From Planctomycetota bacterium (GTDB taxonomy: Bacteria; Planctomycetota; B15-G4; JADJEK01): 15,002 nucleotides of DNA. The notes under the pieces are model-generated. The model was not told the origin of the DNA, ran no database searches, and saw nothing but the letters and a program-made list of their open reading frames with translations. Position numbers and translations under genes: made by a program. Where the stretch lies: positions 1 through 15,002 of the forward strand of contig JBGAIQ010000085.1 in the NCBI GenBank assembly GCA_044225365.1. Reading direction: 5' to 3'. Below, piece after piece: positions 8,603-15,002 of this stretch. Each line of letters starts with the position of its first letter. The first letter of the stretch is position 1.

Positions 8603-9892
8603 ATGACGTCATTGTCGCCGCACGTGAATCGCCCCCATTCCCCCCTCCTCTCGGGCTTTCGGCGTTCGTGCTTCGCCGCCGTGGTCGCCTTTTGGACGGG
8701 GCTGTGCCTGGCGCAGACTCCACAGCCGAGCCCACCGCCCGCGACGACGCCCGTGCCTCCGGGTGGCGACGCTCCGAAGCCCGGAGCCGGACCGCGCGGG
8801 AACGGCGCTCAGTTGCAGCTCATCGAGATGATCCGCAAGTTCGAGGGGCATCGCGTCGAACTCGGCAAGAGCCTCGTCCGGGTCCGACTGTTCTACACGC
8901 TCGAGTCGAAACTCCCGAACGGGGCCGCGGGACCGGGAACGGTATTCGAGCAAGGCGCCTACCTCGGAATCGTCATCGATGCGTTGCCGGTGATCGCGAT
9001 TCCCGACACCACGGGCGATCCCAGTCGCTTCAGCCCCGGGCTCGCGCCGTCCCGCGGAGCGCAGCGTCCCGCCGGGTTCACGAACGGCATCAAGATGGAG
9101 GGGCCGTTCTACGAAGCGATCCTTGCCTCCGGCAAGCGGGCGCGACTCGTGGTCGCGGACCAAGCGCGGCCGATCTCTTGGACCTTCCTAGAACTCGCGG
9201 ACATGAGCGACCCGCCCGAAGAGCTGCGCCATCCGCTCGTCGTCCCGGAGCATCCGCGGCGCGTCGCCGTTCGCGAACCGTATCTCGCGACGATCTTCAA
9301 GAACCCGCTGCAGACGGACACGATCGTCACGATCCCAGGCGTCCTCAACTCAGGTAGCGAGAACTTCCTGCGGCCCGCGCTCAGCAGCATGGCGGCCGCG
9401 ATCGGCGCTCCGGTGTTCGCCGTCGACGGCGAATGGCTCGGCGTCGTGAACCATCCTCCCGAGGGGGATCCGCTCGAGACCCCGCGCGTCGGTCACGTCG
9501 ATGCGTCGAAGGTGACTTCGGCGGAGGATCCCAAGACCTGGTCGACCGGTTATCGCTGGCCCGTTCTCTTCTCGATCGGAGAGCTCGTTCCGGAAATCGA
9601 GCGGGTGGCGCGCGCCGCGGCGCAACCTCATGAGTTCGACGAGATCGGCATCGCCCTCTGCGATCGCGGCGGCAAGGTGAGCGTGACGCGCGTCTCCGAT
9701 ACGAACGACATGATCTTCGCGAAACCGCAGGTCGGTGATCACGTGGTGTCACTCGGCGGGATGCCGACGCGCAGCGTTGCTGGCTTCGAGAAGGCGCTGG
9801 AAGCCGCGCTGTCCGGCGACGCGAAGTCCGCGGAGATCGTGTTCGAACGCAACGGCGAGTCCACGGTGGCGACGCTACGATTCCCGGGATGA
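8603..9892 (+). CDS. Exported HtrA/DegP-like protein (degenerate trypsin-like domain + C-terminal PDZ), predicted catalytically inactive
   Basis: Signal peptide FRRSCFAAVVAFWTGLCLA-Q and Pro-rich linker. Trypsin-fold landmarks SLVRV, GIVID, LASGKRARLVVAD, IGAPVFAVDGEWLGVV. PDZ segment IGIAL..VSVTRV..QVGDHVVSLGG..IVFERNG. The start is uncertain: in-frame alternatives are ATG 8501 (TGATG-coupled to the upstream stop) and GTG 8624. Confidence 0.72.
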   Translation: MTSLSPHVNRPHSPLLSGFRRSCFAAVVAFWTGLCLAQTPQPSPPPATTPVPPGGDAPKPGAGPRGNGAQLQLIEMIRKFEGHRVELGKSLVRVRLFYTLESKLPNGAAGPGTVFEQGAYLGIVIDALPVIAIPDTTGDPSRFSPGLAPSRGAQRPAGFTNGIKMEGPFYEAILASGKRARLVVADQARPISWTFLELADMSDPPEELRHPLVVPEHPRRVAVREPYLATIFKNPLQTDTIVTIPGVLNSGSENFLRPALSSMAAAIGAPVFAVDGEWLGVVNHPPEGDPLETPRVGHVDASKVTSAEDPKTWSTGYRWPVLFSIGELVPEIERVARAAAQPHEFDEIGIALCDRGGKVSVTRVSDTNDMIFAKPQVGDHVVSLGGMPTRSVAGFEKALEAALSGDAKSAEIVFERNGESTVATLRFPG

Positions 9893-12057
9893 AGTCCGGG
9901 CTCTTCCAGTTCCTCCTGCGCTGCGGTATCGCCGTGGCCGTGTTCATCGCCGCCGAGTTCATCGTCCGCTATCGCTCGAAGGTCGATCCACCGGCGATCC
10001 CGACCTCCTTGCTGGCGCGAGGGTGGCAACTCACGCCGACGCGATCGACGCTGTGGACCTCGCCCGCTCCCCGCGCCACTCAGAACGGCGGCGACTCTCA
10101 CTTGTCCATCATGATCGTGGGCGAGGACAACGCGATCGGAATCCCATCGACCCAGGGCGCGCAACGGGACGCCGGCTTGCCGTGGCCGCAATTGCTCGCG
10201 ACGCTGTTCGAACGCGCGACCGGAACGCATGACGTCTCGATCGATGTCTTCGCGACCCCGGGATTCACCGCCGTCCAAGGCGAGCGACTCCTCGCCCGCG
10301 CGCTCGAAGTGGCACACCCGGACATCGTGCTGCTCGCCTTCGGGCCCACGCACGAACTCGAACCCGCGCTGAACGGTCACGGCGACGAATACTGGCTCGC
10401 GCACTCCGGCGCCGAGCCGCATCCGACACCCTCTCGCCTGCTCGATGCTCTGCGAGACTTCGTCGAGAACCGCGACGATCGCAGCAAGAGCGAAGTGACC
10501 TCGGTGCGACTCGACAGTTCACGGTTCGAACGCAGCCTCGAGCGCATGGTCGCCTCGATCCGCTCGGCGGGCGCCTGTCCGGCGATCGTCGAACCGATCG
10601 CGCGGCCGGCCGATCCGAATCCGACGCGAACGGACGCCTTCCAGGAGCTCTATCGCCTCGCCGCGAACCGAGTCGCCGGCGTCTACGGCGTGCCGCTGAT
10701 CGAACTGCGCGACGCGCTCGTGGCCGATCGCAGCGCTTTTCAGCTCGTCACGAATCGCCTCTCCGATCGTGGTGCTCGACTCGTCGCGCGCGAAGTGTTC
10801 CGCGGACTCGCAACCGATTCCGCGTTCCTCCTCGCAGTCCAGCGTTGGCTCGGACGTCACAGCGAGCGCGTGGAAGCGAGCCTCGTCGCCGGCGTCTTCG
10901 GCTTGCTGCATTCGATCTATCGCGAGGGACCCGCCGCGATCCCGACCGATGCGGTGCGAGATCACATCGTCGCCGCGTTGCAGCAGAGTCAGGGTGAATT
11001 GAAGCGGTGCGCCGCCTGGCTCACCGCGATCGCGCGCCACGACGATGCATCGCTCGACGCATCCGTCGCCGCATTCGATGCGGTGGTCGCGGACCCAAAC
11101 GACGTCAAGCAAGGCGATCCAAGAACTCCCGCGGGTCCGATGGTCGATCAGATGCGCGCGCTGTCGCGCATCCTGCTCGGCCGTTGGGAAGAAGCACGAT
11201 CGATCCTCGCGGCGCCCGGCACGTCGGAACCCAGCCTCGATTCCCTGCTGCGCGGCATCGCCGTCCTGACCGCGGATCCCAAGGAATCCGCGAGCGAATT
11301 CGCTGCGGCGATCGAGGCCGATCCCTCGCTCGGGCTCGCCGATCTCTGGCATGCGAAGCTGTGCTCGATCGCGAACGACTCTTCGGGCGAGATGCGGCAA
11401 TATCGGCTCGCCCGAACGATGATCGAGCGACACGGCTTCGGACTGCGAGGCATCGCGTTCCCGCCACCGAGCGATGCAGCGGCCGTTCACAACTTCCTCC
11501 TCGCCGAACCGACGCTCTTCGGCGGGAAGCAACGCATGGCGTTTCCTCGCCTCATGTACGCGCTCTACGTCGAGTCCCCCACGATGCAGCGCGACGCGCT
11601 CACGCTGCTCGAACGCGGTGCATTCCTCCTCGCCAACGGATCTCCTGATCTCGCGCGGCCCTTTCTCGAAGCCGTCGATTCGAGATTCGACGCGCTCTCC
11701 GACGAAGACCGGCTCACGCTCGGGCAGTTCGCGCTCGAGAAGAAAGATCCGACGCTCGCGCGACGCTGCGCAGAAACGGTCCGCCAGCGATCGCACTCGA
11801 GCAAGAGCGCATTCCTGCTCGGGATCGTCGAATGCGAGGCGGGCGCCTTCGACCGCGCGATTCCCCTGCTCGAGGAGTTCCTCGCGACCGAGCCCGAGCA
11901 ACCGCAAGCCCTGTTCTATCTCGCCCTCGCGCGGTTCAACGTCCACGACGCGAAGGGAGCGAACGACGCCATCGCGCGCGCGCTCGTCGCGTGGCCAGAA
12001 CAACCGGACCTGAAGGCGTTGCGCGCCAAGGTCGAGAGCGAACTCCACCCCAAGTGA
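9889..12057 (+). CDS. Membrane-anchored SGNH/GDSL-like domain + TPR-repeat protein, predicted catalytically inactive, 722 aa
   Basis: ATGA overlap with the upstream gene. N-terminal TM (LLRCGIAVAVFIAAEFIVR). SGNH-fold landmarks IMIVGED..IG, WPQLLA, ATPGFTAVQG, PDIVLLAFG, FERSLERMV, GVPLIEL, LSDRGARLVAREV. C-terminal TPR-like repeats such as FLLGIVECEAGAFDRAIPLLEEFLATEPEQPQALFYLALARF. Confidence 0.78.
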   Translation: MKSGLFQFLLRCGIAVAVFIAAEFIVRYRSKVDPPAIPTSLLARGWQLTPTRSTLWTSPAPRATQNGGDSHLSIMIVGEDNAIGIPSTQGAQRDAGLPWPQLLATLFERATGTHDVSIDVFATPGFTAVQGERLLARALEVAHPDIVLLAFGPTHELEPALNGHGDEYWLAHSGAEPHPTPSRLLDALRDFVENRDDRSKSEVTSVRLDSSRFERSLERMVASIRSAGACPAIVEPIARPADPNPTRTDAFQELYRLAANRVAGVYGVPLIELRDALVADRSAFQLVTNRLSDRGARLVAREVFRGLATDSAFLLAVQRWLGRHSERVEASLVAGVFGLLHSIYREGPAAIPTDAVRDHIVAALQQSQGELKRCAAWLTAIARHDDASLDASVAAFDAVVADPNDVKQGDPRTPAGPMVDQMRALSRILLGRWEEARSILAAPGTSEPSLDSLLRGIAVLTADPKESASEFAAAIEADPSLGLADLWHAKLCSIANDSSGEMRQYRLARTMIERHGFGLRGIAFPPPSDAAAVHNFLLAEPTLFGGKQRMAFPRLMYALYVESPTMQRDALTLLERGAFLLANGSPDLARPFLEAVDSRFDALSDEDRLTLGQFALEKKDPTLARRCAETVRQRSHSSKSAFLLGIVECEAGAFDRAIPLLEEFLATEPEQPQALFYLALARFNVHDAKGANDAIARALVAWPEQPDLKALRAKVESELHPK

Positions 12058-12073
12058 CGCGAAGGGTCCGCCA

Positions 12074-14812
12074 TCAAGGACCGGCGGGAACGGCGAACGG
12101 ACCGCCCTTCGGGAGATCCTTGCTCCCCCCCTGCTTCAGGAAGACGACGAGCCCGGCTTTCGACTCGCCGTCCTTCGCCGCGAACTTCGACTCGAGCGTC
12201 GACGGAACGAGGTAATCCCCCGCGAAGTCGTGAGACTCGCCCGCCTGTCCATCGAGGTCGAGATCGGTGGACGCAAACAAGCGGTACGTCCCTTCGGGAA
12301 GGGCGTCGAACTCGAAGTGACCGCCATCGTCGTGATCGACCGTCACGACCTGAACCACTTCCTTCCGGATCACGTCGTAGGCGAACGCGTACGCACGATC
12401 GACGAGCGGCGGGACTCCCGTCTCGGGAACCGTGACCTCGACCGGCATCGACTTGGTACCGAGCGACGTGACGATGTCGATCGTCGTCGCATAGGTTCCG
12501 GGCAGCAGAGCCGCGCGATCGACATGGAGCGAGAGCGTGAGGGGCAGTTCGCAAGGCAAGGTGCTCGCGCCAGCCACTTCGACGTAGAAGGCGCCGGCGT
12601 GGACCGAGAGGAGTTGCACGGGGCCGCTCGCGCCCCAATTCCCCATACCCACCACGGCGAGTTGCTGATCGTCGACGCCTTCGTCGAACTGCATCGAACT
12701 CGGACAGGCGAACACCTGCGCGGCGTCGGATCCGGTGCCGAGCAGGTCGTCGAGCGCGCGACCTGCATCGAGCCGTCCGTACCCGTAGTACTTGTCGGGA
12801 CCGGGCGCGCCGAGATCGAGCGCTCCGGCGCACAGGAATGCACGCACCTCGATCGGCGTCAGGTTCGGTGCGATCGAACGCAGGAGGAACGCGGCGGCTG
12901 CGACGTGCGGGCATGCCATCGAAGTGCCGGACTTCTGCGACCAGGTCGGACCGAGCCCCACGTCGACGACCGTCGAGAGGATTCCGTCGAGGACTCCGTC
13001 GCCATCGGCATCCGCGTAGGGATCTCCACCCGGCGCGGCGAGCGAAACGTGCGGGCCGAAGGACGAGTAGAACGCTTTGTTGTCGACGCGATCGGTCGCT
13101 GCGACGGCGATCACTCCGTCGATCGCAGCGGGATACATCTTCAGCTTCGAGTTCGAATTGCCCGCGGCCGCGACGACGACCACGCCGGCCGCGATCGCCT
13201 GTTTCACGGCGTCGTCGAGGGCGGCCGACGGACTCGGCCCACCGAGGCTCATGTTGATGACCTCGCAGCGCTGCGGTGGAAGCGTCCCCGAGTTGTTGGG
13301 AAGTCGCGCCGCGAACAAGATCGCCTGCGCGATGTCGAAATCGGTTCCACCGAGCAGACCGAGGACGCGGATCGGCATCACCTTGCCAAGTCGCGTGCCT
13401 CCCGCGATCCCGAGCGCGTTGTCGGTCGCCGCGACGAGCGTCCCGCTCACGTGCGTTCCGTGGGTTCCGTTGGTGAGGATCGGATCCGTCGGATCGGGAT
13501 CGAGGCCGTTGCCGTCCGACGCGTTCCACGAATCCGAGACGAAGTCGTATCCCGCGACGAACTTCCCCGCGAGGTCGGGATGCTCGAAACGAACTCCCGT
13601 ATCGAGCACGGCGATCGTGCGTGTCGCGTCGCCTTGCGAGAGGTCGAGCGCGTGAGCGAACCCGGAATCGAGGAAATCCCATTGCTGCGGAAACAAAGGA
13701 TCGCTCGGCAACGAGAATTCACGGCGCAGGTGATTCGGCTCGGCGCTTCCGACTCCGGGCAAGCGGCGCGCGGCGCGGCAGAGCTCCGCGACTCGCGCTC
13801 GATCGGCGGCGGACGTCGCCGCGCGAACGCCGAGCTTGGCAACGACGTGAGCCGAGAGCCGCGCGAAGCCGCGGCTCGACCAGTCGACGACGTCGAGTCC
13901 GAGTTCCATCGCCACGGCCGCGGCGCGCTCGCGCGAGGCCGTCCTGACGAGCACTTCGTCGGCGACGAAGTCTCCGTCGAACGACTCCGTGTCGAGCCAG
14001 TCGCTGCCTTCGACGAAGAGCGTGCCGCTGATCGAGGATGCGCCTTCGGGTTCGTCGACCACGGTGACCGGCGTCACCGAGGGATCGAGTTCGACTCGCG
14101 CTCGCAACTTCACGCTCTCGCTCGGATCCGCGGCGAGGTCGAGGCGATACGAGCCATCCTCGGAGAGGACGAGCGGACCGACCTCGAGCCAGGAGATGCC
14201 GCCACTCTCGAAGGTGAGCGGCGCATCGAGCGCGACCTCATCGCCTTGCGGGGCGACGAGCTTCGGCGGAACGAGCGGCGCACTTCCATTGCCGAGTCGT
14301 TCGATCTTGACGACCGCGGAGACTCCCGAGCGCGCCGGGAACGTGAGCGAGTGCGACGCGCCGGCGGCGATCGTCACCTTCCAGTCGAGTTTGTTCGTCG
14401 ATCGCTCGCGCAGCTTCAGCCGATACTCGCCGATGGACCCATCCGGAGCGGAGACCTCGACGTCGAGAGGCCCGTCCTCGAGGATCGGGAATCGGATCGC
14501 CCGCTCCTCGCGACCGCCCTGCAGGACGAGGAACTGCTCGGGCTCGAGAACGATTCCGTTTCGCAGGACTCGGATCCTCGGATGAACCTGTGATCCGGAT
14601 TTCGCGGTGACGATGAAAGTGAGATCGGTTGCAGCGATCGCGGGGACCGCAATGCGATCGACGTCACCGGCGAATGCGATCCGACCCTCGAAACGCTCTC
14701 GCGGGTTCAGTGTCGCGTCGACTTGCGCCATCGCAAGTACAGATGGAATCGATGTTACGGACAACGCGAAGAAGATCCGTGCGAGACTCTTCGCGGAAGG
14801 ATGGTGCGCCAT
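12074..14812 (-). CDS. Secreted S8 (subtilisin-family) serine peptidase with N- and C-terminal beta-sandwich accessory domains, 912 aa
   Basis: Signal peptide (ARIFFALSVTSIPSVLAMA-Q). Intact triad IAVLDTGV, HGTHVSG, GTSMACPHVA; oxyanion Asn in AAAGN; INMSLGG; propeptide end AEPNHLR..PSDPLFPQQW; GYGRLDA; DxDxDG-type loops. Confidence 0.95.
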   Translation of the reverse strand: MAHHPSAKSLARIFFALSVTSIPSVLAMAQVDATLNPRERFEGRIAFAGDVDRIAVPAIAATDLTFIVTAKSGSQVHPRIRVLRNGIVLEPEQFLVLQGGREERAIRFPILEDGPLDVEVSAPDGSIGEYRLKLRERSTNKLDWKVTIAAGASHSLTFPARSGVSAVVKIERLGNGSAPLVPPKLVAPQGDEVALDAPLTFESGGISWLEVGPLVLSEDGSYRLDLAADPSESVKLRARVELDPSVTPVTVVDEPEGASSISGTLFVEGSDWLDTESFDGDFVADEVLVRTASRERAAAVAMELGLDVVDWSSRGFARLSAHVVAKLGVRAATSAADRARVAELCRAARRLPGVGSAEPNHLRREFSLPSDPLFPQQWDFLDSGFAHALDLSQGDATRTIAVLDTGVRFEHPDLAGKFVAGYDFVSDSWNASDGNGLDPDPTDPILTNGTHGTHVSGTLVAATDNALGIAGGTRLGKVMPIRVLGLLGGTDFDIAQAILFAARLPNNSGTLPPQRCEVINMSLGGPSPSAALDDAVKQAIAAGVVVVAAAGNSNSKLKMYPAAIDGVIAVAATDRVDNKAFYSSFGPHVSLAAPGGDPYADADGDGVLDGILSTVVDVGLGPTWSQKSGTSMACPHVAAAAFLLRSIAPNLTPIEVRAFLCAGALDLGAPGPDKYYGYGRLDAGRALDDLLGTGSDAAQVFACPSSMQFDEGVDDQQLAVVGMGNWGASGPVQLLSVHAGAFYVEVAGASTLPCELPLTLSLHVDRAALLPGTYATTIDIVTSLGTKSMPVEVTVPETGVPPLVDRAYAFAYDVIRKEVVQVVTVDHDDGGHFEFDALPEGTYRLFASTDLDLDGQAGESHDFAGDYLVPSTLESKFAAKDGESKAGLVVFLKQGGSKDLPKGGPFAVPAGP

Positions 14813-14822
14813 GGTGTTCTTC

Positions 14823-14893
14823 GAGTTCTTCCGCAGGGGACCAAGTCCGAAACTTGGACAAGGTGGAAGAACTCATCGGCGGTTTCTCGCCGA
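14823..14893 (-). promoter_or_regulatory. Nested inverted repeats in the 5' leader of the S8 peptidase gene
   Basis: Perfect 10-bp IR GAGTTCTTCC (14823-14832) / GGAAGAACTC (14865-14874) enclosing CCAAGT-N5-ACTTGG (14841-14857). A second IR, TCGGCG-N6-CGCCGA, lies at 14876-14893. Confidence 0.5.
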
Positions 14894-15002
14894 ACCTTGA
14901 CGCTCGCCTGTTTCATCGGGCTTGCGGTCGTGACGGGACTCGCAGCGGCTTCCCGTTCCGTCGCGCTCCGTAGACGTCGACGGCCGGCGCCGGGATTCAT
15001 CC

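Noticed and set aside
4821-14593. Long alternative-frame ORFs (4821..5909, 6076..7812, 7614..8735, 10519..12048, 11916..13682, 12230..14593)
   Set aside because: They overlap better-supported genes, lack recognisable motifs, and have shadow-ORF composition.
377-14812. Frequent TCGA/CGATCG words as a HIP1-like repeat system
   Set aside because: Plausibly explained by codon preference (CTC/ATC/GTC followed by GAN) in high-GC genes. Enrichment cannot be shown without a codon-aware count.

Overview
GC-rich bacterial DNA with tightly packed genes. Left to right: (1) the end of a ~98-bp tandem array of inverted REP-like palindrome pairs (BIME/REPIN-like), truncated by the window edge; (2) an OmpR-family response regulator and a translationally coupled HAMP sensor histidine kinase; (3) a convergent YyaL/SSP411-type thioredoxin-domain protein on the minus strand; (4) a divergent, probably five-gene plus-strand operon (4827-12057) encoding an unrecognised 445-aa protein, an intact GH3 NagZ-type beta-N-acetylglucosaminidase, a putative lipoprotein with a LolA-like beta fold, an HtrA-like trypsin+PDZ protein and a membrane-anchored SGNH+TPR protein; (5) a convergent, large secreted S8 subtilase with a hairpin-rich 5' leader. 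The most interesting signal is that the last two operon genes both look like pseudoenzymes: each keeps its fold motifs but appears to have lost its catalytic residues. Family assignments come from motif recognition by eye; no database search was run.
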